Source: a virus | Taxonomy: Duplodnaviria; Caudoviricetes | DNA: 50,845 bases | Virus record (IMG/VR): IMGVR_UViG_3300036854_000028 | Coordinates: 1-50,845 of that record | Strand: one strand, 5' to 3' | In this document: positions 16,007-25,680 of the stretch, in pieces | How the letters are laid out: each line of letters opens with the position of its first letter | How positions within the stretch are numbered: position 1 is the stretch's first letter | Notes under the pieces: generated by a model | Database searches by the model: none | Told to the model about the DNA's origin: nothing | Seen by the model: the letters and a program-made list of their open reading frames with translations, nothing else | Position numbers and translations under genes: made by a program

Positions 16007-16317
16007 TGTCGACGACTGACCCGTGGTGCCTGGCCCTCGCGGTGGAGCGGATGGCGGCCCGGTACGGCGCGGCCTGCCTCGACTTCGGGCTGGCCGAGCG
16101 CGGCAGCCGCGAGGAAGACGCGGCTCGGCGCGCCATGTACCGCCGCTTCCGGGCGTTGTGCCGCCTCACCGCCGGAGCGCTGGAGGAGCACCAGCAAGCG
16201 ACCCGACCGCTGCGGGTGGCCGCACTGTTCGAGGAGCCCCGGGCCGAGGCCGCGGTGGCCGGAGTGGAGCTGACCCCCGTGTCGTGGGGCCGCACCCCGG
16301 TCGGAGGGGCCACGTGA
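16003..16317 (+). CDS. Hypothetical protein
   Basis: ATGA overlap chain. Confidence 0.6.
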   Translation: MMSTTDPWCLALAVERMAARYGAACLDFGLAERGSREEDAARRAMYRRFRALCRLTAGALEEHQQATRPLRVAALFEEPRAEAAVAGVELTPVSWGRTPVGGAT

Positions 16318-16532
16318 GCCGCGCCGACCACGTAGCGTGGCGCTACCGGCATGGCGGCCGGGTACGCCATGCACTGATCGACGCCCATGACCACGAGGCC
16401 CTCTGCGGCACCTTCGTCCTCGACCCGGCCTGGTGGTACGGCACCGGCAGCCAGGACGAGCACGCGCGCTGCGCGGTGCTACCGGCGTGCCGGATCTGCG
16501 TCCGCAGGCTCGGGATCGAGGCGACGTCGTGA
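16314..16532 (+). CDS. Small zinc-binding protein
   Basis: GGAGG RBS. H...ALCG...C..C motif. Confidence 0.65.
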   Translation: MSRADHVAWRYRHGGRVRHALIDAHDHEALCGTFVLDPAWWYGTGSQDEHARCAVLPACRICVRRLGIEATS

Positions 16533-16738
16533 CCGTCGCGCAGCTCGCCGTCATCGCCATCGTCTACGCCTCGGTCCGGGTCGCCGGGTGGGGCATCGCC
16601 GTCCTGCGGCGGCGTGCGCGGCGCCCAGATCCGGTCGACGCGCACGCCGCTACCGCCCCCGTCGACCCGCTCACCCAACAAGACGTCCACCGATACCTCG
16701 CCGACATCCAGCGCTATCTACAGGAGCACGCCGAATGA
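16529..16738 (+). CDS. Small membrane protein
   Basis: GTGA overlap and N-terminal TM. Confidence 0.6.
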   Translation: MTVAQLAVIAIVYASVRVAGWGIAVLRRRARRPDPVDAHAATAPVDPLTQQDVHRYLADIQRYLQEHAE

Positions 16739-17283
16739 TCCTCGTCCCGCTCGCCCTCGCCCTACTGGCCGCCGTTCTGGCCGCGGCAACGGTGTCGCTG
16801 CTGGCCCGCCGCCGCCAGCGTGAGGCCGAGCAGCAGGAGCCCGTCCATCCGGTACCGCCGATTGCCGAGCGCCGGCGTGTGCTGCTGCGGCTGGTGCGCC
16901 GGTTGGTCCAGCGTCGCCGCGACACATCGCGCGACACATCGTGGGCAGGCGCCACCGAGCACTGGTCACCGGCTGCGGAGATCGGCGACCAGGACCTCAC
17001 CGCGGAGCTGGTCACGCCGGCCGAGCAGCGGGCGGCCGACCACGCCGCCCTCGATCCGCTCGGCGACGCCACCCGCGAGTTCGGCGACGCCGTCTGGCAG
17101 GCCATCGACCACTTCCTCCGCGACGACCCGGCGGCGGCGCTGAGGGTGCGCTCGGGAGCGGACCAGACGGCCGAATGGACCGCGGCCGAAGTCGCTGATC
17201 TGCGGGCCGCGCTCGACGACGACGAGCTGGCGGCATGGATGGACCAGCTGGAGACGGTACGACCGGTCGGAGGTGCGCGGTGA
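16735..17283 (+). CDS. Membrane-anchored hypothetical protein
   Basis: AGGAG RBS. N-terminal TM MILVPLALALLAAVLAAA. Confidence 0.65.
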   Translation: MILVPLALALLAAVLAAATVSLLARRRQREAEQQEPVHPVPPIAERRRVLLRLVRRLVQRRRDTSRDTSWAGATEHWSPAAEIGDQDLTAELVTPAEQRAADHAALDPLGDATREFGDAVWQAIDHFLRDDPAAALRVRSGADQTAEWTAAEVADLRAALDDDELAAWMDQLETVRPVGGAR

Positions 17284-17453
17284 GCCAGGACATGCAGCCG
17301 AAGGTGTACCACGAGGTGACCGTGGCCGGTCGCACCCGCCGCTGGACTGGCTGGCGGGCCCTGGCCGTCGCATACGGGCCGGTCGCTATGTTCGCGTTCA
17401 TGCTCGGCGTCCTCGTCGGCACGCTGCTCGCGCTGATCGGCGGTGCGTGGTGA
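17280..17453 (+). CDS. Small membrane protein
   Basis: GGAGG RBS and C-terminal TM. Confidence 0.6.
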   Translation: MSQDMQPKVYHEVTVAGRTRRWTGWRALAVAYGPVAMFAFMLGVLVGTLLALIGGAW

Positions 17454-17755
17454 CCACGACGATCGCCGAGCGGGTCGCCGCCGGAGCCGCGTGGCTCGAC
17501 GAGCACCGGCCCGGCTGGGATCAGCGGATCGACCTGGAGACGCTGGACCTCGGCGACCCCTGTCACTGCGTGCTCGGGCAGGAGTACGGCAACTACGGCG
17601 ACTCGCCGGAAGAGATTCGCTGGGAACGCAGGCCGGCCGGTGAGGACGTGTGGGTCGCGCCGCTGTTCGGCTTCCACGAATGGAACGAGCGCAACTACGA
17701 CGTCCTGACCGCCGAGTGGCGCCGGCTCATCGAGGAGCGGAGGGCCGCACGGTGA
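17450..17755 (+). CDS. Conserved phage hypothetical protein
   Basis: ERVAAGAAWLD...PGW...IDL..LDL...CVLGQ motif. Confidence 0.75.
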   Translation: MTTTIAERVAAGAAWLDEHRPGWDQRIDLETLDLGDPCHCVLGQEYGNYGDSPEEIRWERRPAGEDVWVAPLFGFHEWNERNYDVLTAEWRRLIEERRAAR

Positions 17756-17943
17756 TCGTGCCCGCCACGCAGATCGCCGCCACCATCGACGAGCGCCAGC
17801 CCCCCGGGACCCGCTATCCGCGGTTCGGCAGCTACCTGGGTGACCGGGCCGCGTACCTGCGCGCCGAGTCGCAGGCGATCGAGGCCGACATGCAGCGCCT
17901 CGTCGGCACCCTCCGCGCGGCCCGGATCGGAGTCGGGCAGTGA
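17752..17943 (+). CDS. Hypothetical protein
   Basis: GTGA overlap chain. Confidence 0.55.
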   Translation: MIVPATQIAATIDERQPPGTRYPRFGSYLGDRAAYLRAESQAIEADMQRLVGTLRAARIGVGQ

Positions 17944-18374
17944 CCGGCGTCGTCCCGGCCGAGCAGATTCTCGCCGACATCGACACGCGTGGGGGGGAAA
18001 CACCCCGCGCCGTCCATCCCGTCGTCCGCGATCTGACACTGATCCGTAGGCGGCAAGGCCGTTCGCAGAGCGGAGTCAGCCGTGACGCCGACCTGTCTCA
18101 GCAGTCGATCTGCCGTTGGGAGATGGGAGACGTCGTACCGCGACTGGACAACCTCGCCGCGTGGGCCGGCGCACTTGGGTACGACCTTGTGCTCCGGCAG
18201 CGTGTCGTGGTCCCCGATCCGGATGTCGTAACCCCCGCGCAAGGTAACCGCGTCACGGACGACATGGGCCGCTACGGCGTTGACGCGGTACTCGCGGGCC
18301 GCGTCGGGCGTACCGCCGACGCGTTCGAGACGCCAGCCGAGATCGCCGCACACGACCGGAGGTTGGACGCATGA
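17940..18374 (+). CDS. XRE-family HTH protein
   Basis: IRRRQGRSQSGVSRDADLSQQSICRWEMG..VP.LDNL..WAGALG. Confidence 0.8.
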   Translation: MTGVVPAEQILADIDTRGGETPRAVHPVVRDLTLIRRRQGRSQSGVSRDADLSQQSICRWEMGDVVPRLDNLAAWAGALGYDLVLRQRVVVPDPDVVTPAQGNRVTDDMGRYGVDAVLAGRVGRTADAFETPAEIAAHDRRLDA

Positions 18375-19366
18375 CCGCGCCCGCCGTCACCCGCCGCGTC
18401 ACCCCGACCGCATACCGGGTCCTCCCCGCCGATGCTGACCGCGACCTGTGGCTCGCCCGCCGCCGCGCCGGGATCGGCTCCTCCGACGTCGCCGCGATCC
18501 TCGGGCTATCGGGGCAGCGCACGCCCGTGCACGTGTGGCGAGACAAGCGGGGCGAGATGGTCGACGAGCAGACCGAGCCCATGCTGTGGGGCACGCTGCT
18601 CGAAGATACCGTCGCCCGCGAGTGGGCCCGACGCAACCGCTCCGTCATCCAACGCGTCGGGCTGGTCGCGAACATCGAGCACCCATGGCGACTGGCTACC
18701 CTCGACCGGCGCGTCGCCGAGTGCCCACTGAACCGAGCCGCCCGCGAAGCGTGCGCGCTGGAGATCAAGTGCCGCAATGCGTTCACCACGCACCGCTGGC
18801 GCTCCGACGTTCCCGACGACGTCCTCGCCCAGGTCGCCTGGCAACTGGCCGTCACTGGCTACGAGCACATCCACGTCGGGGTACTCATCGGTGGCAACGA
18901 CTACCGGCAGACCGTCGTGCGGCGCGACGTCGATGTCGAGCGGTACATCCTCGCCGAGGTCGACCGGTTCCGCACCGACCATGTGCTCGCCGACGTCGAA
19001 CCGCCCTGGGATCTGACGAAGGCCGCCGCGCTGGTCGAGCTGGACAACCTGATGCACCCGGACCGGGTCGGTGAGATCGACGTCGTCGAGATCGGCGAAG
19101 TGCTGGAGTACGCGGCGGCGTCCGCCGCGAAGGGCGCCGCCGAGCGGCGCCTGAAGGCCGCCCGCGCCGAGCTGGCCCGGCTGGCCGCTGGTCGTCGCGT
19201 CGTCACGTTCGGCGGCGAGCTGGCGTACGAATTCGCTCCGGTCGCGAAGGCCACGCCGGACCTCGACGCGCTCGCCGAGCGGTGGCCCGACGCGTACGCC
19301 GACTGCGTGATCGACAAGCACCACCACCAGATCCGTCTCAACCCGGCACTACGGCAGGGAGCCTGA
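18371..19366 (+). CDS. YqaJ/RecE-like exonuclease
   Basis: WL..RRAGIGSSDVAAILG, WG..LE, LATLDR, LEIK and AQV.WQL.VTG motifs. Confidence 0.92.
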   Translation: MTAPAVTRRVTPTAYRVLPADADRDLWLARRRAGIGSSDVAAILGLSGQRTPVHVWRDKRGEMVDEQTEPMLWGTLLEDTVAREWARRNRSVIQRVGLVANIEHPWRLATLDRRVAECPLNRAAREACALEIKCRNAFTTHRWRSDVPDDVLAQVAWQLAVTGYEHIHVGVLIGGNDYRQTVVRRDVDVERYILAEVDRFRTDHVLADVEPPWDLTKAAALVELDNLMHPDRVGEIDVVEIGEVLEYAAASAAKGAAERRLKAARAELARLAAGRRVVTFGGELAYEFAPVAKATPDLDALAERWPDAYADCVIDKHHHQIRLNPALRQGA

Positions 19367-19368
19367 AG

Positions 19369-19575
19369 ATGACCGAACCGACACCGCGTCGCCGCCAGAT
19401 CTCCTGGGCGGACGTGCCTGCCCTGCTCCCACCCGACCCGGGACAGGTCGAACTGCTCGGCCTGGGTGTGCTCGTCGCCGTACTGGAGCGCATGTCGAGC
19501 GCCGAACGGCGCCGCGCGCTGGTGTACCTGGCTGACCGCTATGGCGAGAAGGCGGCGGCCAGCGATGACCAGTAG
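19369..19575 (+). CDS. Hypothetical protein
   Basis: GGGAG RBS. Fills the gap between the exonuclease and ERF genes. Confidence 0.6.
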   Translation: MTEPTPRRRQISWADVPALLPPDPGQVELLGLGVLVAVLERMSSAERRRALVYLADRYGEKAAASDDQ

Positions 19576-20332
19576 CCTTCGCCAGCGCGCTACGGCCGCC
19601 GCCAACGGCCAGCCTGCCATCGTCGCACCGAGCACCGACGGTTCGCCCGAACCCGAGCTTGCTCCATACCCCGACGTACCTGAGGCGACCGGCGACCCGG
19701 ACATGGTGTCGGTGTTCGTCGCCTGGAACCGGGTCATGCGCGACGTCGCCGGCATCGCTAAGTCCGAGAAGACGGAAACCGGCACCCGGTACAACTTTCG
19801 GGGCGTTGACCGTGTGGTCAACGCGTTCGGGCCGTCGGTGCGACGCCACGGCATCATCGTGGTACCCGTCAGGGTCACCCCCGCGCACCGGGACGCGAAG
19901 TCGACCAACGACAAGAACATGCGCGAAACGACCACGGTCGTCGACTGGCGCGTGTACGGGCCGTGCGGCGACTACTTCGACGGGCAGACGGAGGGCGAGT
20001 CCCTGGACGTGTCCGACAAGGGCACCGCGAAGGCCCAGTCGATCGCCGAGCGGGTGTTCCTGCTCATCACCGGCATGGTGCCCACCGATGAGCCCGAGCC
20101 GGACAAGACGGTGCATGAGCGCGGTGAGCAGCCCGCGCCGAACCCGGCCGCGTACCGCGACGAGATGACCGACCCGCGTACGTCGCTGGGTCGGCTGCGG
20201 CAGATCCGCACGGAGATCGTTCAGCATCGAATGGCCGGGGTGGTGCAGACCAACGAGGTCGGCGACGAGGAGGGGCTGCTGGCCATGTGCGACCGGATCG
20301 GCCGGGAGCGTCGGGCGGGTGGCGAGCCGTGA
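19565..20332 (+). CDS. ERF-family single-strand annealing protein
   Basis: VM.DV..IAK...YNFRGVD.VVNA..P....HGI and GES.D..DKGTAKAQS. Adjacent to YqaJ. Confidence 0.88.
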   Translation: MTSSLRQRATAAANGQPAIVAPSTDGSPEPELAPYPDVPEATGDPDMVSVFVAWNRVMRDVAGIAKSEKTETGTRYNFRGVDRVVNAFGPSVRRHGIIVVPVRVTPAHRDAKSTNDKNMRETTTVVDWRVYGPCGDYFDGQTEGESLDVSDKGTAKAQSIAERVFLLITGMVPTDEPEPDKTVHERGEQPAPNPAAYRDEMTDPRTSLGRLRQIRTEIVQHRMAGVVQTNEVGDEEGLLAMCDRIGRERRAGGEP

Positions 20333-20538
20333 TGGCCACCTGGATCTGCATGGACTGTGGCATGTACGACCCGTACGACGGCGACGGGGACGGCATCGGG
20401 TCGTGTGACTGTCCTCGCTGCGAGTGGTGCGGCGGCCCGCCGGGTATGGGCTGCTGCCCCGAGGACGAGCTGCCGGACTGGCCCGACGACGTGATCGTGC
20501 CCGTGGTCACCGAGACGGCCGACGTGCGGTGGCTGTGA
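20329..20538 (+). CDS. Small Cys-rich protein
   Basis: Multiple CxxC and CxC motifs. Overlap chain. Confidence 0.6.
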   Translation: MMATWICMDCGMYDPYDGDGDGIGSCDCPRCEWCGGPPGMGCCPEDELPDWPDDVIVPVVTETADVRWL

Positions 20539-20672
20539 TGCCCCGCTGCCGCTGCACGCACCTGGAGACAGTCCACACGATCGGTACCCGCGCCGGCGTG
20601 AAGGTCCGCACCGCTTGCACGGCCGCTGACCCGCGGCCGTGCCGCTGCCCACGCTACGAGGAGGCGCCGTGA
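20538..20672 (+). CDS. Small Cys/His-rich protein
   Basis: C.C.H....H...C...C.C motif. TGATG overlap. Confidence 0.55.
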   Translation: MPRCRCTHLETVHTIGTRAGVKVRTACTAADPRPCRCPRYEEAP

Positions 20673-21037
20673 GGACCAGTTGGTCGAGGAGAACAGGGTC
20701 CGTTCTGGCCTGCTCCGCGTACGGCCTGGACTCCGGACGCGAGATCGACTGGCGGCAAGAAGCCGAGTGCGGATCGGGCTGGTGGGACCCGGACTGGTGG
20801 TCCTCCACGTCTGGGCTCCGGCAGGCGCAGGCCCGCTGGATCTGCCAGCACCTGTGCCCGGTCCTCGCCGAGTGCCTGCCCTGGGCGCAGGAAGACCCGC
20901 TGCGCGTCGGGGGAACGGTCGCCGGGGGTGTGCTGTGGACACTGCGCAACGGCCGCTCCCGCTTGGCCATGACCCAGCCGCGTTCGGTCCGCCCGGACGG
21001 GGTGGATGCGCGGGTCGCGGCGAGGAGCGCGCGGTGA
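20669..21037 (+). CDS. whiB: WhiB-family transcription factor
   Basis: DW...AEC...DPDWW...AR.IC...CPV..EC..WA...VAGG. Confidence 0.85.
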   Translation: MRTSWSRRTGSVLACSAYGLDSGREIDWRQEAECGSGWWDPDWWSSTSGLRQAQARWICQHLCPVLAECLPWAQEDPLRVGGTVAGGVLWTLRNGRSRLAMTQPRSVRPDGVDARVAARSAR

Positions 21038-21273
21038 GCCGGCCACCCGCGCACCGCCGCCGGCGCGACCCGTTCGCCCGGACGCAGCTGGCCCCACGCG
21101 TCGCGCCGCGCACCCACCCGTTCGCGGCCGGCGGCGAGCGGGACTGGCGTGACCAGCCGAGCTGCGCCGAGTGCGGCCTGCCGAAGGACAACCGAGTGCA
21201 CACCATGCCCGACAACCCGGCCGCCGAGGAAGAAGCACGGCGGTACGGGGACCGAGAAGAAGGAGAGCAGTGA
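21034..21273 (+). CDS. Hypothetical protein (H...C..C...H)
   Basis: GAGGAG RBS and overlap chain. Confidence 0.6.
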   Translation: MSRPPAHRRRRDPFARTQLAPRVAPRTHPFAAGGERDWRDQPSCAECGLPKDNRVHTMPDNPAAEEEARRYGDREEGEQ

Positions 21274-21581
21274 CCGAGACACCCGAACAAGCCACCGCCC
21301 GATACCGGGCCGCGGCGCACGCCATGCAGTCCGGCGTCGCCATGAAGATGAACCACGACGGCGGCCCGCAGCGAGGCGAGACCAGCCCGAAGCACCTACG
21401 CGTCGGCGTCAACTCGGCGATGGTCGAACACAGCGCACTCGTCCGTCTCCTCATGGCAAAGGGCGTGATCACCGAGGACGAGTACCTGACGGCGCTGGCC
21501 GACGCCATGGAGGCCGAGAAGCGTCTCTACGAGACCGAGCTGCGCGACCACATCGGAAACGAAGGGATCGCCCTCGCATGA
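21270..21581 (+). CDS. Conserved hypothetical protein
   Basis: AAGGAG RBS. HAMQSGVA...PKHLRVGVN...KGVITEDEY. Confidence 0.75.
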   Translation: MTETPEQATARYRAAAHAMQSGVAMKMNHDGGPQRGETSPKHLRVGVNSAMVEHSALVRLLMAKGVITEDEYLTALADAMEAEKRLYETELRDHIGNEGIALA

Positions 21582-22084
21582 CAAAGGTCAAACTGGACAG
21601 CGCCATCGCGAACGCGGCCAACGACGCGCTCATGCCGCACGTCGGAAGGCTGTACAGCGCGCTCGGCACCCGCATCGTCGTCATCGCCGAGCTGGCGGCG
21701 GTCGAACGCACCCAGCCCGCGGCCGACGAGGACAAGGAAGCTGTGGTGCGCCTGCAGGTCAAGCACCTGGAAGTCGCCACCGACGAGCGCGAGGAACCCG
21801 TCCGCGAGGCCCTACGCGCGCTGCACACCCAGCGCACCGCGTACGGCACCCTCCTCGAGGACGGCGAGGTCGAGCTCGCCGAGCGCACCCTTGCCGCCTG
21901 CGCCGGCGAGCTCAACGCCATCGAGGCCGCGCGGCTGCACGTCGCCATCGAACGCTGGACCGACTACGCGCGGCAGGCCACCGGCAACGGCAAGCTCACC
22001 GCCAGCGAGCTGCGCCACGAGCTCGCAGCCGTCGCCGACGGCCTGCGCGCGGCGATCTACCCCGACGTGCTGGCCAAGGCCTGA
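21578..22084 (+). CDS. Hypothetical protein
   Basis: ATGA overlap and strong codon bias. Confidence 0.75.
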   Translation: MTKVKLDSAIANAANDALMPHVGRLYSALGTRIVVIAELAAVERTQPAADEDKEAVVRLQVKHLEVATDEREEPVREALRALHTQRTAYGTLLEDGEVELAERTLAACAGELNAIEAARLHVAIERWTDYARQATGNGKLTASELRHELAAVADGLRAAIYPDVLAKA

Positions 22085-22087
22085 CGC

Positions 22088-22750
22088 GTGCCGTGGTTCC
22101 GCGTGGACGACTCGTTCCACTCCCATCCCAAGGTGCTAGCGACCGATCCGGCCGCGCTGGGCCTGTGGGTACTCGCTGGCTCGTGGTCGAGCGCACACCT
22201 GACCGAGGGTGTGGTGCAAGACGACGTGCTCCCGCGACTACTCCCGGACGCAGCAACGCTGGCCCGGAAGCTCGTGGCCGCGGGACTGTGGAAGCGGATA
22301 CGAGGCGGCTACCAGTTCCACGATTGGGCCGATCGAAACCCGACCAAGGAATCCGTGACGGCATCGCGGAAATCCAACGCCGAACGACAGAAGCGCTGGC
22401 GAGAGGCTCAGCGTAACGGGAGCACTAACGCCGTTACTAACGCCGTTACTAACAGTGCCCCGACCCGACCCGACCCTATTAAGGGGGGGAACTCTTTGAC
22501 CGCTGGTAACGCTCGCGCAAGCCCAAGCCCAGAGCCTCCCCGAACCTGCCCCAAGCACACCAACGACCCAGACCCGCCATCGTGCGGAGCCTGCGCCGCC
22601 ACCCGCAGCGCCCACGACCGCTGGGCAATCGCCGAAGCCGACCGCAAACGGCTCGCGCCCAAGTGCCCCCAGCACCGCGGCCAGCCACGCCACAACTGCG
22701 CCGGCTGCCGCGCCGACCAGCTCGCTGCCGACACCGAAGGAGACCCATGA
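22088..22750 (+). CDS. Phage replication initiator-like protein
   Basis: MPWFRVDDSFHSHPKV...ALGLW...LTEG.V...LV.AGLW...GY.FHDW. Internal repeats and C-terminal Zn motifs. Confidence 0.8.
   Translation: MPWFRVDDSFHSHPKVLATDPAALGLWVLAGSWSSAHLTEGVVQDDVLPRLLPDAATLARKLVAAGLWKRIRGGYQFHDWADRNPTKESVTASRKSNAERQKRWREAQRNGSTNAVTNAVTNSAPTRPDPIKGGNSLTAGNARASPSPEPPRTCPKHTNDPDPPSCGACAATRSAHDRWAIAEADRKRLAPKCPQHRGQPRHNCAGCRADQLAADTEGDP
22424..22453 (+). repeat. 12-bp tandem repeat, candidate ori iterons
   Basis: ACTAACGCCGTT x2.5, each containing the palindrome TAACG-C-CGTTA. Confidence 0.75.
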
Positions 22751-23124
22751 CCCCCGAAGAGATCCGCGACCACGCCACCGACATCATCCTCGACCACGCC
22801 CAGGACGTGGAGTTCCTGTCGATCTCGGAGCACCTCGAAGACCTCGGCCTGTCCGAGGCCGAGCACGCCGACGCGTGCAACGCCATCGACGAGGCGATCC
22901 GCGAGGCCACCGTCACCGTCGAATGGCCCAGCGGCCGAGACCCCGTCACGGCCCTGCGCGACCTCGCCGCAGAGACACGCGCGGAAGGCGTATCCACCCC
23001 CGCCGAACTGGCAATGGTCGCCGCCCTCGATGCCGCAGCCGACGCGTACCCGACTGACGACTCGCCCGTGGTTCAGGCCCTGGCCCGGTTCGCGGTCGCG
23101 CTGGCCGACGCGGAGGACCGGTGA
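22747..23124 (+). CDS. Hypothetical protein
   Basis: AAGGAG RBS. Confidence 0.7.
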   Translation: MTPEEIRDHATDIILDHAQDVEFLSISEHLEDLGLSEAEHADACNAIDEAIREATVTVEWPSGRDPVTALRDLAAETRAEGVSTPAELAMVAALDAAADAYPTDDSPVVQALARFAVALADAEDR

Positions 23125-23366
23125 GCACGCAACCCGAGCCCCACACGCTGTGGCTCGACCGCCGGCGGACCGCCGCCGTCCCGATGCCGGACTGGCGCCG
23201 CGTCCTCCGTGTGACAGCCGCCAACCCGGACGGGTACGTGGAGGGGACCGGCTGGTGGCAGCGGTTCTACGACGGCCGCTGGCAGGACGCGACCGAGAGC
23301 CGCCGGACCCGCATGCGGTACGAGTCGTTCACGACGCGCTACACGCCCGTTGAGGAGGGCCAGTGA
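23121..23366 (+). CDS. Hypothetical protein
   Basis: GGAGG RBS and GTGA overlap. Confidence 0.65.
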   Translation: MSTQPEPHTLWLDRRRTAAVPMPDWRRVLRVTAANPDGYVEGTGWWQRFYDGRWQDATESRRTRMRYESFTTRYTPVEEGQ

Positions 23367-23599
23367 CCGCCGACGTACGCCAGGAACACCGCGGTGAGGT
23401 CATCGTCCGTGATGCCACCGCGCTGACCGCCGAGCAGCTCATCCGCATCAACGCGGCCACGCTCGCGGTCCAACGCCTCGGCCCGATCACCATCGGCGAG
23501 TTCAGCTCGCCGATGGTGGCCATCGACGTGTTGCTCGACGCCAGCAGCGCCGTCGCCCGGTGGCTGCGCGACGGCGACGCAGAGGAGGCCGACCGGTGA
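23363..23599 (+). CDS. Hypothetical protein
   Basis: GGAGG RBS and GTGA overlap. Confidence 0.65.
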   Translation: MTADVRQEHRGEVIVRDATALTAEQLIRINAATLAVQRLGPITIGEFSSPMVAIDVLLDASSAVARWLRDGDAEEADR

Positions 23600-23886
23600 C
23601 CGCCCCCAACCCGCCGGAGACGACACCGGAGCCGTCGAACCTCTACCCGACGCAGACGCGCCTTGCGCTACTGCGCGACGTCGACCAGGGCATCGTGTGG
23701 CGCGACGACCGCGACGGCCAGGCGTACCTCGGGTCAGGAACCGGGGGGCGCAAGGCATCGAAGGTCACCGCCGCCGTGGACGAACTGCTCGCCGCAGGGT
23801 GGATCGAGAAGCGACTCTCGACCAGCGCCGTGTACCGGCTCACCACAGCCGGCCGCGCGGTGCTCGCGAAGGGCGGTGCCCAGTGA
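23596..23886 (+). CDS. Winged-helix-like protein
   Basis: V.ELL.AGWI...YRLT.AGRAVL. Confidence 0.65.
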   Translation: MTAPNPPETTPEPSNLYPTQTRLALLRDVDQGIVWRDDRDGQAYLGSGTGGRKASKVTAAVDELLAAGWIEKRLSTSAVYRLTTAGRAVLAKGGAQ

Positions 23887-24401
23887 TCGACCTCGACGTC
23901 GTACGGCAGACCGTCTCCCGCGCCATGGGCTTCATCCGAAGCGGTGCTCCCGCAACCGAGGTGGCTCGGATGCCGTCAGTGCTCCTTGCCGTCGGGGCCG
24001 CCGAACAGCTCATCGCTGAGGTCGAACGGCTACAGGCCGAGGTGGTCGACATGCGTGCGCTGTTCGACCTGCAATGGCGGCGCATGGCCGAGGCGACCGC
24101 CCGGTGGCGGGCCGAAGACCCCGGCGCCCGCGCGCTGGTGATGCCGGACCTGGGCGACCTGCTCCAGTGGCTGATGGGCGAACTGGACCGCGCCGTTGCA
24201 CGCGCCAATCTCAACGCCCGCCTCGCCGCCGACTGCGCCGACGAACGGGACACCGCCACCGAGCGGGAGCGCGAACGCATCGCCGACTGGTTCACCGCCG
24301 AGGGTGACCAGTGGCGGATCAACAACAACACCGTGGCGGAGTGCGAGTACGACCGGGCGGCGCAGATGGTCCGCGACGGCGCCGGGGATGGTGAGCTGTG
24401 A
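23883..24401 (+). CDS. Hypothetical coiled-coil protein
   Basis: LIAEVERL motif and overlap chain. Confidence 0.65.
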   Translation: MIDLDVVRQTVSRAMGFIRSGAPATEVARMPSVLLAVGAAEQLIAEVERLQAEVVDMRALFDLQWRRMAEATARWRAEDPGARALVMPDLGDLLQWLMGELDRAVARANLNARLAADCADERDTATERERERIADWFTAEGDQWRINNNTVAECEYDRAAQMVRDGAGDGEL

Positions 24402-24841
24402 CCGGCACCCGCAACGGCAAGCCACCGACTCCCTTCGACCACCCACTGGTGATCGCGCTACAGGTTGCCGTCCCGATGTGGATCGCTGAGGCCAACCTGC
24501 GTCACGGCGACACCCGAGCCGAACTACTCGCCGACTGGCGCGACGATGCCGGCCCGACCATCGCCTACCAGGGCGACGTCCTCCTCTACGGCAAGAACGG
24601 CGGACCCGCCAAGGTATTCAACTCGCTAGCCCGGGGCGTTGCCGCGCTGGCCTGCCACCGGGGTGGGGTGAACGTGTTTGGCCGGATCTGGTGCGCTGAG
24701 CACGCGCCGGCCGGCAGCCCACCTACGACCGATCCGGCGTGCGGCCGGTGCGCCGAGCAGTACGAGAGCCCGCGGGGCTGCGCCTGCTGCACCATTCCCG
24801 CGCGCCGGCCACCTGACCTGATCGCCAGCAGGCGCGGATGA
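24398..24841 (+). CDS. Hypothetical protein
   Basis: L..AVPMWI...GD.LLY...FN.LA.G.A.LA...GGV..FG..W family pattern. Confidence 0.7.
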   Translation: MTGTRNGKPPTPFDHPLVIALQVAVPMWIAEANLRHGDTRAELLADWRDDAGPTIAYQGDVLLYGKNGGPAKVFNSLARGVAALACHRGGVNVFGRIWCAEHAPAGSPPTTDPACGRCAEQYESPRGCACCTIPARRPPDLIASRRG

Positions 24842-25680
24842 CGCGCGCCCGCAACGCCAATCGTCTTGCGTCGTACTGGGCCGCAGGAATACCCGCCCGG
24901 CTCGTCGAGGCACCCGAATCCGTGGTCGCCGACGAACCGCCGGTACCGCCCGCACTCCGAGCCGACGAGCTACGTCACGGGTACACCCTCGCCGAGGTTC
25001 GGCGCCTCGCACATGCCGCCGCCGCGAACAACCACACGATGGCCGCCGACCACCGCGACCTCGTCCACGCCGCTTGGTCAGCCATCATCGACCTGCTCTA
25101 CACGGCCACCGAGCCGCCCACCCGCCACGACCTGGCCACCGAAGGACGCAAGGGCATCTGGCAGCTCGTCCGGGACCACCGCCAAACCTACGGCTACCGC
25201 GACCGCGACCCGTACAACGGCATCGGCTCCGCCCCACACTTCGCCGCCTACTGGCAGATGCCCGCCGAGGCACCCCATGAGGAGCGCTTCGTCGAGCAGG
25301 TCGCCGTGTGGCAGGTCTTCAACGTCCTCACCGACCGGCAACGCGAGGTGCTGCTGGCCGCCGCCGCCCACGACGGGGACTACCACGCCGCCGCCGAATC
25401 GCTGGGCATGTCCCGTGGCTCGTACACGGCGTGGCTCAGCCAAGCCCGCCGGGCCGCCTCCGCCTGGTGGCACACGCCAGAGACGCCATATCGCGCCCCT
25501 GGTCGCAGGGGCACATTCAACCGACGCGTACATCGCGGTGAGGTCGCACCCTGCGGCACCCTGCCCGCCGTTCACCGGCATAAAGCCCGGGGTGAGCGGA
25601 TGTGCGAACTGTGCGCGCCGATCCGGACGGTGTACGACCGGGAGCGACGCAACCGGCGCAAAGAAAGGAACGCTGCATGA
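24838..25680 (+). CDS. Sigma-70 region-4-like DNA-binding protein with C-terminal Zn motif
   Basis: LTDRQREVL....DY.AAAESLGMS...L..AR and PCGT....RH...GE..C..C. Confidence 0.75.
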   Translation: MTRARNANRLASYWAAGIPARLVEAPESVVADEPPVPPALRADELRHGYTLAEVRRLAHAAAANNHTMAADHRDLVHAAWSAIIDLLYTATEPPTRHDLATEGRKGIWQLVRDHRQTYGYRDRDPYNGIGSAPHFAAYWQMPAEAPHEERFVEQVAVWQVFNVLTDRQREVLLAAAAHDGDYHAAAESLGMSRGSYTAWLSQARRAASAWWHTPETPYRAPGRRGTFNRRVHRGEVAPCGTLPAVHRHKARGERMCELCAPIRTVYDRERRNRRKERNAA

